Source: a virus
Reading direction: 5' to 3' (one strand)
IMG/VR virus record: IMGVR_UViG_2574180442_000002
Location: 9,823-73,822 of that record
DNA length: 64,000 nt
Shown: one piece after another, positions 53,259 to 62,078 of the stretch
Position numbering within the stretch: the stretch's first letter is position 1
Layout: the number at the start of each line of letters is the position of its first letter
The notes under the pieces: generated by a model
Told to the model about the DNA's origin: nothing
The model's input: only the letters and a program-made list of their open reading frames with translations
Database searches by the model: none
Program-made: the position numbers and the translations under genes

Positions 53259-53463
53259 GGCTTGCTCCAACGGCCGGCAGCCCCCACCGAGTCCGCACGC
53301 TGTTGATGAAGCTGCGGCGGTTCTCATACGGGATGCTCTGGTCGAGAAAGAAGCGCGTGAGCTTGTCAAAATGCGCAAGCGGAATATCAACGCCTTCAAG
53401 CTGTCCGACGGGCGTCGCCGTTCTGTCCGGCGCGGGGCGGCGCAACTGCACGACGTTACCCAT
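53245..53463 (-). CDS. Small hypothetical protein at end of antirepressor operon
   Basis: Coupled to antirepressor stop. Confidence 0.5.
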   Translation of the reverse strand: MGNVVQLRRPAPDRTATPVGQLEGVDIPLAHFDKLTRFFLDQSIPYENRRSFINSVRTRWGLPAVGASLSSS

Positions 53464-54208
53464 GCGCCACCTCCCGGCTGAACGCCTCGGCCAGTTTCGC
53501 CAATCCCTTCTGGGTGATGTGGCAGTACGGCCGATAGACTTCCTGCCCGGTCTGTTCGTCGGTGTAACGCGCCTCCTTGTAGAGCAGTCGCCCGTTCTGG
53601 ATGTGCTGCTGGTACGCCACCCAGCTACCGTTTTGCCGGTACATCCAGCCGTTGGCCGACAGCCAGTTGGTCAGCGTCTCGCGCTTGACGCCCAGTACCT
53701 TCGACGCCTGGGTGACGGTCAGAGCCTTGTCGTCGGCCGCGATGCGGTCGAGCGCCTGGGCCTTGGGCGCGGCTATCGCCAGCGCCTCGCTGCTGGCCTT
53801 GTGCGCCAGCGCCAGCCGGTCGCGTTCCTCGATGGCTTCGGCGGCAAGGCGCAGGGCTTCGGGCAGCGTCTGCGGGATGGCCGGGGCGGCGGGTTGCGCC
53901 ACCAGCGCGTCGTAGGCCCGGATGACCTTCAGGTGGAACACCGCCGAAATCCACATCGCGTAGGCATAGACCAGTTCCTTGGCGACGTAGGTGCCGCCGC
54001 CAGCCCCTTCAATCGAGGCGACGGGCGAACTCTGCAAATTTGCAGAGTTGCCGATTTCTTCAATCAGGGCGCGGGTTTGCGCGTTCCGAAGCCAGAACGC
54101 TGGCTGATGCTTGGATTCCGCGCCGCTGGCCCGGTGCAGGTCGTTGAGGCAGTAGCGGCCCTCGGCATCCTGGCGGATGGCGGTGTCGGCGATGGTGAGT
54201 GCGTTCAT
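53456..54208 (-). CDS. Antirepressor, KilA-N plus ANT(KilAC) domains
   Basis: IRQDAEGRYCLNDLHRASG...GGTYVAKELVYAYAMWIS; IPQTLPEALRLAA; APKAQALD...ITQKGLAKL. Confidence 0.9.
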   Translation of the reverse strand: MNALTIADTAIRQDAEGRYCLNDLHRASGAESKHQPAFWLRNAQTRALIEEIGNSANLQSSPVASIEGAGGGTYVAKELVYAYAMWISAVFHLKVIRAYDALVAQPAAPAIPQTLPEALRLAAEAIEERDRLALAHKASSEALAIAAPKAQALDRIAADDKALTVTQASKVLGVKRETLTNWLSANGWMYRQNGSWVAYQQHIQNGRLLYKEARYTDEQTGQEVYRPYCHITQKGLAKLAEAFSREVAHG

Positions 54209-54543
54209 GCGGCACCCCCTTCCTGGGCTTCCGCCGCCTCGATGGCCTCGGCCATCTTGTCGTACTCCGCGCCGATATGGTTGCTCATGTCGGAGCTGAC
54301 GTAGCGCCCCAGACCCGCCAGGCGCTTGATGTGGATTTCGCCGCCGCCCTTTTCGTGCAGCACTTCGATGGCGTGGAACACGGCTTCGAGCCAGTCCAGC
54401 GTTTCATGGCCGATTTCGGCGTACAGGATGGCGTCCTTCGGATGCCGGCCGAGCACGGTCTTGGCGGCCTCGATGGGCGAAGGGCTGGGAAGGGTGATGG
54501 TTTGTGCGCGAGCTGCGCGGGTGGTGGTGACGTTCGTCGTCAT
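54205..54543 (-). CDS. Hypothetical protein preceding antirepressor (icd/ant1 position)
   Basis: Start MTTNVTT at 54543 after GGAG; immediately downstream of C4 target site a2. Confidence 0.65.
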   Translation of the reverse strand: MTTNVTTTRAARAQTITLPSPSPIEAAKTVLGRHPKDAILYAEIGHETLDWLEAVFHAIEVLHEKGGGEIHIKRLAGLGRYVSSDMSNHIGAEYDKMAEAIEAAEAQEGGAA

Positions 54544-54589
54544 GGCTTGGCTCCGTTTCGACACGGGTTCGGCTGCCACGAAATGAGGC

Positions 54590-54666
54590 GGCCGGGAGGG
54601 TCGAAACTGTGCCAGCACAGTGCAGCGTATTCCCCGAAGGTCTTGTATTCCGCCGCCCTCCCGGCC
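54590..54666 (-). ncRNA. c4: C4-type antisense RNA (P1 immI/P4-like)
   Basis: 77-nt unit closed by 11-bp stem ggccgggaggg/ccctcccggcc; internal loop GTTTCGAC complementary to GTGTCGAAAC copies upstream (54758-54767) and downstream (54555-54564), upstream of an antirepressor. Confidence 0.75.
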
Positions 54667-54868
54667 ATAAACAGGCGCGGGCGCACGCAGTCCGGGCGGA
54701 CTACGGGCGTAAAAAATCCACGTCTGACGGGCGCGGAGGGTTCCGGCTGGCAAAAGGGTTTCGACACCCCGACGCCGAATTTACCACGGCAAGCACGCGC
54801 CGCCAACGTGGGAAGGAATTTACCGGGCGGCGGATGGTGGCGGTAGGCGAACTTTCCGGGTTGTTCGC

Positions 54869-55645
54869 CTACAGGAGCAGGCCGCGCGAGCGCATGAAGT
54901 CGATGGGGTGGCGGTCGGACTTCTTGAGGTTGCACGTCGGGCAGAGCAGTTGCAGGTTGCTCTTGTCGTTGGAGCCGCTGCGCGCCAGCGGCTGGATGTG
55001 ATCGACGTGGTAGCCGCGCTTGATGCTGGCGTGGCAGCAGGCGCACTTGCCGCGCTGGAGCAGGTACAGGGCGGCGATGTCGTCCTGGGTGTGCGTGCCT
55101 TCGGCGGCCCGTTTCCTGGCCCGGCGGTTGGCCTCGTTGGCGCGGCGCTGCTCCGGGTGTTGAGCCTGGTGGGCGGCGGTTGCCGCGCGGCTCTTGTCGG
55201 GGTTGGCGGCGCGCCATTTTACCGAGGCGGCGCGGTGCTTCTCGGGGTGAGCCTCGCGGTAGGCTGCGTGGCGCAGCCTGTCCTTTTCCGGGTTGGCCTG
55301 CCGCCACGCCCGCTCCGCTGCGTGCTTTCTGTCGGCGTTTTCCACCGCCCAGCGGGCGTTGTATTCCTTGCGCTGTTCGGTAGTGGAAGCGCGGTAGGCC
55401 GCCCTGGCGGCCTTGACCTTCTCGGGATTGCGGGCGCGCCATGCGGCGGTTGCGGCATTGCGTTTTTCCGGGTTTTCCCGGTACTTCTGGGCTTGCTCGG
55501 CGCGCAGTCGTTCGGCATTGGCCGCGTAGTGGGCAGCCGATGCGGCTTTCCGGCACGCCTTGCAGGCGGGCTTGTAGCCGCGCTGGGCGTCCTTATGGAA
55601 CTCGGAGAAGGGCTTTTCTTGCCCGCACTTGGAGCAGGTTTTCAT
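54869..55645 (-). CDS. HNH endonuclease with N-terminal zinc ribbon and helical repeats
   Basis: MKTCSKCGQEKPFSEF; repeated W..ANP(E/D)K units; KCACC...HVDHIQPL...NDKSNLQLLCPTCNLKK. Confidence 0.9.
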   Translation of the reverse strand: MKTCSKCGQEKPFSEFHKDAQRGYKPACKACRKAASAAHYAANAERLRAEQAQKYRENPEKRNAATAAWRARNPEKVKAARAAYRASTTEQRKEYNARWAVENADRKHAAERAWRQANPEKDRLRHAAYREAHPEKHRAASVKWRAANPDKSRAATAAHQAQHPEQRRANEANRRARKRAAEGTHTQDDIAALYLLQRGKCACCHASIKRGYHVDHIQPLARSGSNDKSNLQLLCPTCNLKKSDRHPIDFMRSRGLLL

Positions 55646-55680
55646 GGGCAAATCGTAGCAATGGCCTTCTGGTGCGAAGG

Positions 55681-55722
55681 CGGAAAATTTCCAGGTTTCG
55701 GCCATCACCGGCCCGCCAGAAT
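55681..55722 (+). promoter_or_regulatory. Late promoter 9 (CGGAAAA-N29-CAGAAT)
   Basis: Same spacing; ATG 5 nt after the -10 box. Confidence 0.8.
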
Positions 55723-55727
55723 GGGCT

Positions 55728-56018
55728 ATGGCTACGATCACCGGCAATGAAATTCAGGGCATGGTTCGCCACTGGTTGAACACACCCGTTGGCGCTTACC
55801 TCGGCTCGGACTATGGGCAGGACACGAAATCCTTGCTCCAGCGTCCGCACGCCGATGGTGCGCCGGATTCCTTCTTGCGCAAGATGCGCGGCGACGTGCC
55901 CGTGCTCCAGGCGCTGCCGGCCGGTTCCCTGAACCTCTACGGCGTGCCATCGGTGCCCGACCGCCTCGACCTGATCGTGGAAGTCGCCGGCCAGACCATC
56001 GAAGTGACGGGGGGCTGA
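55728..56018 (+). CDS. Baseplate wedge protein (PmgA/gp25-like)
   Basis: HWLNTPVGAYLGSDYG; precedes J-like protein as in P1. Confidence 0.7.
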   Translation: MATITGNEIQGMVRHWLNTPVGAYLGSDYGQDTKSLLQRPHADGAPDSFLRKMRGDVPVLQALPAGSLNLYGVPSVPDRLDLIVEVAGQTIEVTGG

Positions 56019-56019
56019 C

Positions 56020-57516
56020 ATGCTGACCAAGGCCGACTTTCAGCGGGCCATCCGCGACACGATTGCTTCCTACCCCTCCATCGCCCCCCTGTATCAGGCG
56101 GGCGACCCGCGCATCACGCAGCACCTGGACGCGATGGCGACCATGCTGGGGATGCTGTCGGCGCAGATAGAGGCAGCGCACGCCGAGCCGTTCGAGAAGA
56201 CCCGCGATGCAACTGTGCTGGCCGACGCGGCCATGCGCGGCATCGTGCGCAAGGGAAAGTCCGCGCGCGTGCGCGTTCGGGCCATCAATACCGGCTCCAG
56301 CGCCTTCACGGTGGAATCGGCCCGCACGCTGCTGGATTCGTCGGGCCTGCTGTGGCGCGTCGAGACGCCGGCCGCCGTGCCTGCCGGCGGCGAAGCCACG
56401 TTCGAGGCCAGCCAGGTGCGCTCCACGACCATCACGCACGTTGTCAGTGGCACGGAGCCGTTCTACGCCATCGAGATTCCGGCGCCCGAGGACGATTCCT
56501 ACCTGTGTGCCATCGCCGTTAGCGACGTTGATGGCAGTTTCGAGTACCGCGACCGCTACGTGAACACGGCGCCCGATGAGCGCGTGTTCCACGTCGAGGC
56601 CGACGACCGCCAGCGCACCTACGTCCGGTTCGGCTTCGATGGCGTGGTGGGTGTGCAGCCCAAGGACGGCGCGGAAATCACCCTGACGGTTTTCTACACC
56701 TCTGGCGAGGTCAGCCCGGCCTATGACAGCCCGTTCTCGTTCGAGTACCTGGGTTCGCCGGCCGAGTCCGCCATCGAGATGCGTATGGATGCGCTGCTGA
56801 TCGCCGGCCAGAACCCCATGCCCATGTCGGTGCTGCGCGACCTGGCGCGCTACCCGTCGGTGTACGACAACAACGCCGTGTTTCTGGCCGAGTTCGACTT
56901 CCTGGTGCGCCGCAACTTCCCGACGCTGCAATTCCTGTCCGTCTGGAACGAATCGGCCGAGGAACAGGCACGCGGCCCGGCCTTCGACAACATCAATGCC
57001 ATCTTCGTGGCTTGCTTGTCCAGCGAGGGCGGCGAGTCCGTGCTGATCGAGGACAACCCGGACGCACCCGTGCCGCCGGCGGTGATCGCCGACGCCGACC
57101 TGACTGCCACCCAGCAGTCCATCAAGGCCGCCATCCTGGCTGCCGACGACAGCTACCGGGTGCGCTTCTTCACGCCCGTGCGCTCGAAGATCCGCATGAG
57201 CATCAATGCGCGCGTCTCCACGTCCTATGTTGCGTCTGATGTTCGGGAGAAGATGGTCGAGGCACTGATGGCAGAGTTCGGCCCAGCTTCGGCGGCTTCT
57301 CGGCGAGGCCGCCAGCGCCCGCTGTACCAGCGCGTCTATGCGCTGCTGCGCAAGAAGGTGGGGGCGCTGTCTGATGGCGAGGCCGATTTGACTGTGAATA
57401 TCGTTGAGCCGGAGTCGTTGCTGGCGCGGCCGGAAATGTGGCGCTATCTGGATACCGACACCTTGAGCATCAACGTCGAGACGGTCAATATCGTCACGCC
57501 GTCCTGGGGGGGGTAG
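56020..57516 (+). CDS. Baseplate J-like protein (P1 BplA-like)
   Basis: 498 aa; VRFGFDGVVG.QP motif; baseplate operon. Confidence 0.8.
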   Translation: MLTKADFQRAIRDTIASYPSIAPLYQAGDPRITQHLDAMATMLGMLSAQIEAAHAEPFEKTRDATVLADAAMRGIVRKGKSARVRVRAINTGSSAFTVESARTLLDSSGLLWRVETPAAVPAGGEATFEASQVRSTTITHVVSGTEPFYAIEIPAPEDDSYLCAIAVSDVDGSFEYRDRYVNTAPDERVFHVEADDRQRTYVRFGFDGVVGVQPKDGAEITLTVFYTSGEVSPAYDSPFSFEYLGSPAESAIEMRMDALLIAGQNPMPMSVLRDLARYPSVYDNNAVFLAEFDFLVRRNFPTLQFLSVWNESAEEQARGPAFDNINAIFVACLSSEGGESVLIEDNPDAPVPPAVIADADLTATQQSIKAAILAADDSYRVRFFTPVRSKIRMSINARVSTSYVASDVREKMVEALMAEFGPASAASRRGRQRPLYQRVYALLRKKVGALSDGEADLTVNIVEPESLLARPEMWRYLDTDTLSINVETVNIVTPSWGG

Positions 57517-57519
57517 GGC

Positions 57520-59121
57520 ATGGCATCCTTGGATTTCCCGAGCGCCGAGCTTCCCCGGTTGCTGCCGCTTGAGCAAAGCTACGCTGAAAGCGAGGTCGAA
57601 TCCGACCTGAAGCGGCTATTCCTTGACCTGTTCAATGCCAATATGGCAGCCGACACATTCGATGTGAATGTGCTTGGCGCGGCGCACTTGGGCAGCTTTG
57701 ACCTGGTGCGCCGCGCGGTGAATGCTGACGGCTTGGTGCTGATGCAGGGCGACCGGGAGGAAGCGGCCACTCGATACCTGTACCGGGCTTGGAAGTCAGG
57801 CAATCTGCAAGGCCGTGGCCTGCATTTCCTGCGCACCTACCTTCAGATGCTGTTCCCGAACCTGTGCCAGGTGGATCAGCTTTGGCACGACAAGAACATG
57901 CCGTATCCGACGGGCTTGTACTCGTCAAAGCCGCGTTTCTCATGGTGGCTGCATCAGATCGGCGAGCCGGGTTTGAAACTTGACGGCTCATGGGGGGTTG
58001 GGCGCCGCATCCAGGACGCTGACGAAGGGAGGGCGGATCGGGAAATCGACACCGACCTGATGTACCTGACCAGTCGTGTGGAAATCGTTCTGGACTTCAG
58101 CGTGAACGTGCGCTCCGTGGCGTCGCTCATGCACATCATCCGGTCAGTGATCCCGGCGCGTCTGCTACCGCTCTTCCGGTTCTGGCTGAATTTTGTCCTG
58201 CACGTTGAGATTTTCGCGTCGTCCAGCCTGTTGATGCAGAAGAATGCCCGCATGCGCTTCCCCTGGTGCGGGCGCGTTATCGGCGAATCTGATGATGTGC
58301 GCTGGAAGCTGGGCCGGGATGGTGAGCTGGTCAAGCTGCCATTGCCTTTCGGTTCCTTCCGACTGGGCGAGGTTCGCGGCGGCAAGTCGGTATGGCGTCT
58401 GCGGAATTGCCGTATCGACAGCAGCCTGTTGATGGAAAGCGAATCCAGCGCATCCGTTTACAGGCTGCCGAAGCTGGGCGAGACGGCCCGACGGCTGGAT
58501 GGCACCTGGCAGCTTGGCGGTCGATCCTTGCATGTCGGCAGCTATGCCAGCATGGACAAGCGCATTGACTTGCCGGCCAGTACCAGCCTGGAGACAACCT
58601 ACCACGAGCAATATCAGATCAAGTACCCGGCCAACCCCTCGCGGCTTGGCTCAAGGGTGCGCCTTTCCTCGTGGCGCCGGCTTGATGGCCGCTGGGGTGT
58701 TGGCGGCCTGTCGTCCCCGCGTCCGTTTGGGTTTCCGCTCGTTCGCGGGGAGCCGTTCCTTGCTGAGTCAGAGTTGGGCATGGCGTCCACGGCAAATGCC
58801 TGGGCAATGCCAGAGCGCCTGACGACTCCGGTAGCCACCAAGCTGGCATCGAAACCGCGCAAGCTCAATGGCGGTTGGTTCTTAGGGGCTGAGAGCCGCC
58901 TGGGTCGCTTCCGGCTTGATGGTCGGCGCTTGCGCGCCATGAAGATGGTCGAGTGCCCACGCATTGGTGGCTTCAGGGTGATGACAGAGGTTCCTGGGGC
59001 CGTGTACGCCACCGGCGAGGCGCGCCGCCTCCGGCTGGATGGCGCTTGGCGCATCGGCGGCCCGGCAGCCCCAGAGTTCAAGCTGGACGTTTTCAAAGTG
59101 TCTGCCGCCGACCAGGGGTAG
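57520..59121 (+). CDS. Baseplate wedge I-like protein (P1 gp16-like) with LDGxW repeats
   Basis: GRGLHFLRTYLQML N-terminal domain; repeated (R/K)LDGxWxxGG units. Confidence 0.7.
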   Translation: MASLDFPSAELPRLLPLEQSYAESEVESDLKRLFLDLFNANMAADTFDVNVLGAAHLGSFDLVRRAVNADGLVLMQGDREEAATRYLYRAWKSGNLQGRGLHFLRTYLQMLFPNLCQVDQLWHDKNMPYPTGLYSSKPRFSWWLHQIGEPGLKLDGSWGVGRRIQDADEGRADREIDTDLMYLTSRVEIVLDFSVNVRSVASLMHIIRSVIPARLLPLFRFWLNFVLHVEIFASSSLLMQKNARMRFPWCGRVIGESDDVRWKLGRDGELVKLPLPFGSFRLGEVRGGKSVWRLRNCRIDSSLLMESESSASVYRLPKLGETARRLDGTWQLGGRSLHVGSYASMDKRIDLPASTSLETTYHEQYQIKYPANPSRLGSRVRLSSWRRLDGRWGVGGLSSPRPFGFPLVRGEPFLAESELGMASTANAWAMPERLTTPVATKLASKPRKLNGGWFLGAESRLGRFRLDGRRLRAMKMVECPRIGGFRVMTEVPGAVYATGEARRLRLDGAWRIGGPAAPEFKLDVFKVSAADQG

Positions 59122-59136
59122 GCGATGGAATGGATT

Positions 59137-59178
59137 CGGAAAATGCCGCCATACGGGGCAGCTCCGGGCAACCAGAAT
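59137..59178 (+). promoter_or_regulatory. Late promoter 10 (CGGAAAA-N29-CAGAAT)
   Basis: Same spacing; upstream of fibre/DGR target operon. Confidence 0.8.
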
Positions 59179-59211
59179 GGCTGACATCACGACGTTCATA
59201 GGGGGACTGGC

Positions 59212-59592
59212 ATGGCCGAAGCCGTGGTAGCCAATATTTATCGCCGTCGCTTGGCCGCTCGCATGGCTGGCGGCGCAAACATCGCACCCATCGCGTTCAT
59301 GGCGTTCGGGGATGGCGGGCATAACGCGGACTTGACCCCGAAGGCCCCCTCCGCTGCCGCCACCTCGCTCAATCACGAGATTCTGCGCAAGCCGCTGGCC
59401 GGCATCACGCAAGAAGACCTTTATTCGGTGACGGGTAAGGGGGTGATTGAGGCGAGCGAGGTGATTGGCGCGGGAATCTCCGAGGCTGCGCTGCTCGACG
59501 CCAATGGTCAGCTTGTCGGCCTGAAGACGTTTGCGCCGAAGTTCAAGGAGAACGACGAGCGTTACGAAATCAGCATCAAGCTGCGCTTCTAA
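59212..59592 (+). CDS. Tail-collar/fibre attachment protein
   Basis: MAFGDGG...L.HE.LRK...ISEAALLDANGQLV.LKTF tail-collar motif. Confidence 0.75.
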   Translation: MAEAVVANIYRRRLAARMAGGANIAPIAFMAFGDGGHNADLTPKAPSAAATSLNHEILRKPLAGITQEDLYSVTGKGVIEASEVIGAGISEAALLDANGQLVGLKTFAPKFKENDERYEISIKLRF

Positions 59593-59603
59593 GGAGTTTC
59601 CAA

Positions 59604-60521
59604 ATGGCATTGAAAAAGTACCCGATTACCAAAATTCCCAACAACGAGCCTGATGCGGTTCCGTCGCTGTGGAACACCCGCTATGAAGAAATCGACGAGA
59701 ACTTCGACGATTTGGACAAGCGCCTGGCCGCCCGCGAAAGCGAGCTGAATGCAGCTCGCGGTGGGAAGCCCAACCTTGGCGCCCGAATGGACGAGTTGGC
59801 GTCCAGCGTCTCCGGCCAATCGGAAGAGGCCGACAACAACAAGATCGCGGTTCTGCTGTTCGCCCTGCAACAGGCGGCGCTGGCAAATTCTGGCGTCCAG
59901 GCCCTGAAGGACGTGGCACAGCAGCAGGGCGAGTTCGTCATTACGAATCGCGGCCTGATTCGCGGCTGCCAGGCCAGCAAGTCCACCACGGCCACGCGCA
60001 ACCTGAACTTCACTGAAGGTGCTTGCTTTGCCCAGGGGCGTGTTTTTGCCGTGTCCGGCACTGAGAACGCAGCAAGCGTGCCGAGCAACCCGTCCAGCGC
60101 ATCCGTCACCGTCCGCGCGTATCTGTTCCAGAACGGCAATGGTGTGTGGCGGCCGGCTATCACCCCGGTTGGCACCGATGTGCCTGAAGGCGCGATCACG
60201 CTTTACCAACTGACGATTCCCGCCGGCAATACCGACGCAACCGACCCGAATCTGGGCAATGTCACGCTGACCAGCGTGCGCCGCTTCGAGCCGCAATTCC
60301 CGATTCTCCTGGACAGCCCGCCGACCCAATCTGTGGCTATCAACACGGTGAACGCTTCCGACTACCAGCTCACGTTCGATGTCGTGTCCGCCCAGGGGGC
60401 GCCATGTGGCGCTGATGCCGTAGTGGCGCGCAGCCGCGCAACCAACGGCTTTTCTGTGGAGCTGCACAGCGCCGCCGACAACGTGCGCCTGCGCTGGAAG
60501 CTCTCTCGACTGAGCAACTAA
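59604..60521 (+). CDS. Tail fibre-like protein
   Basis: N-terminal coiled coil (LAARESELNAARGGKPNLGARMD); beta-rich C-terminal part; position. Confidence 0.6.
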   Translation: MALKKYPITKIPNNEPDAVPSLWNTRYEEIDENFDDLDKRLAARESELNAARGGKPNLGARMDELASSVSGQSEEADNNKIAVLLFALQQAALANSGVQALKDVAQQQGEFVITNRGLIRGCQASKSTTATRNLNFTEGACFAQGRVFAVSGTENAASVPSNPSSASVTVRAYLFQNGNGVWRPAITPVGTDVPEGAITLYQLTIPAGNTDATDPNLGNVTLTSVRRFEPQFPILLDSPPTQSVAINTVNASDYQLTFDVVSAQGAPCGADAVVARSRATNGFSVELHSAADNVRLRWKLSRLSN

Positions 60522-60545
60522 CCTACCTTCCAAGGAGAAAAATCA

Positions 60546-60881
60546 ATGGCACGCATTGAAACCAAGCAGCCCGGCCAGGCTGTAGCCGATTTCTCGGTGA
60601 ACGGCCACCTCATTACCGTTTCCGGCGTCCAGGTGGACTGCCGGGCCATGCAGCAGGACAGCGAACGCATCGTCGAGGTGCGTCAGTCAGGCGGCAGCGC
60701 GCATGTCGGAGGCGACGGCGCATACCTGGCGCACATCACCATTCCCGCCAAGGTCTATATCGAAGTCCCGTCCGAAGAGGGCGAAGAGGGCGAGGAAGGT
60801 GAAGGCGGCGGTGTCGAGCGTGTTGCGCAAGAACTCGACCCGAACGCCGTTGCCATCACCCTTTGGCCCCTGGCGAACTGA
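60546..60881 (+). CDS. Small tail-fibre-associated protein
   Basis: Between fibre and DGR target; acidic loop. Confidence 0.6.
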   Translation: MARIETKQPGQAVADFSVNGHLITVSGVQVDCRAMQQDSERIVEVRQSGGSAHVGGDGAYLAHITIPAKVYIEVPSEEGEEGEEGEGGGVERVAQELDPNAVAITLWPLAN

Positions 60882-60913
60882 TCGCCCAACGATTACTGAT
60901 TGGAGAAACCAAC

Positions 60914-62014
60914 ATGCCCAGCATTTATGTGAAAGACGAGCTGCGCGCGGCCGTCGAAGCCGCCAGCGGCGGAAAGCAAACCGTGCTCTACACGTCCGGT
61001 GGACAGCCGAGCATCATGAACGTCGTGCCGAAGTTCATGATGGAAGACATTGATGTCAGTCTTGGCACCGGCGTCCATCCCGCATTCATCGTCGGCGGCG
61101 TCGAGAAAAGCGAGCTGTTCATTGGCGCGTATCAGGGAATCATCAAGAACGGCGAGCTGGTTTCTCTGGCCGGTGTTGACCCCAGCGCCTCCGCCAATCA
61201 CGACACATTCGTGAGTGCAGCGCGGGCAGCCGGGCCTGGCTTTCACCTCACCACGAACGCGGAGTACGCTGCGCTGGCCCTGTGGTGTCAGAAAAACGGT
61301 TTCCAGCCGCGCGGCAACAGCGACTACGGTCGCTCCCACGAAGCCACGCACGAAACGGCCCGCCGTCAGGATGGCGGCACCCCCGGAGCCAGCAGCGGCA
61401 CCGCCCGCACCTTGACCGGCTCTGGCCCTGCGTCGTGGCGTCACGACAATACGCCGAATGGTATTTCCGACCTGTGCGGGAATATTTGGGAATGGTCGCC
61501 TGGAATGCGCCTGATGGATGGCGAAATTCAAGTCATCCCCAACAACGACGCCGCACTGCACACCACGGACTTGGCGCGCACTTCCAGTGCCTGGCGCGCT
61601 ATCCGTGCAAGCGACGGCGCCCTGGTGGCTCCCGGCACCGCTGGCACCCTCAAGTACGACGCCTCAAGCCCGACCGGCGGCAACATCGTCCTTTCCGACG
61701 CCATTACCAACCGTCTTGGCGAGCTGGACGACGACGCGAACTCCGGTAACTCGGCGTCTGTTGCGCTGAAGAGCATGACGGCCAAGGCTGGCCTGAATGT
61801 TCCTGCTATCGCCAAGGCGTTGGGCCTGTATCCGGCTGTGCCTGAAACGATGAAAAGTGAAAGCGCCTATATGCGCAACTATGGCGAACGTCTTCCGTTT
61901 CGTGGCGGCAGCTGGCACAGCGGCGCGAATGCCCGGGTGTTCGCCGTGAACTTGGGCAGCTCGCGGGGCTACTCCAGCACGCGCATCGGCGGTCGGCCCG
62001 CTTTTGTGATCTGA
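60914..62014 (+). CDS. DGR target: Mtd-like C-type-lectin receptor-binding protein
   Basis: Start MPSIYVKD at 60914; GVHPAF, ISDLCGNIWEW, RGGSW...IGGRPAF; VR at the 3' end. Confidence 0.9.
   Translation: MPSIYVKDELRAAVEAASGGKQTVLYTSGGQPSIMNVVPKFMMEDIDVSLGTGVHPAFIVGGVEKSELFIGAYQGIIKNGELVSLAGVDPSASANHDTFVSAARAAGPGFHLTTNAEYAALALWCQKNGFQPRGNSDYGRSHEATHETARRQDGGTPGASSGTARTLTGSGPASWRHDNTPNGISDLCGNIWEWSPGMRLMDGEIQVIPNNDAALHTTDLARTSSAWRAIRASDGALVAPGTAGTLKYDASSPTGGNIVLSDAITNRLGELDDDANSGNSASVALKSMTAKAGLNVPAIAKALGLYPAVPETMKSESAYMRNYGERLPFRGGSWHSGANARVFAVNLGSSRGYSSTRIGGRPAFVI
61888..62002 (+). repeat. DGR variable repeat (VR)
   Basis: 115 bp, 12 mismatches to TR 62775-62889; 11 at TR adenines, 1 at a G. 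Ends in GC-rich IMH cggcggtcggcccgct. Confidence 0.97.
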
Positions 62015-62034
62015 AATCTGCGGTGTGCAATCTG

Positions 62035-62060
62035 ATGGGGTGGGCGGTAGCCCGCCCCAT
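62035..62060 (+). other. DGR target-recognition hairpin (11-bp stem, GGTA loop)
   Basis: atggggtgggc-ggta-gcccgccccat, 20 nt after the target stop; loop fits the GRNA consensus of DGR cruciforms. Confidence 0.85.
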
Positions 62061-62078
62061 TCAAACAGGAGCTTTGCA

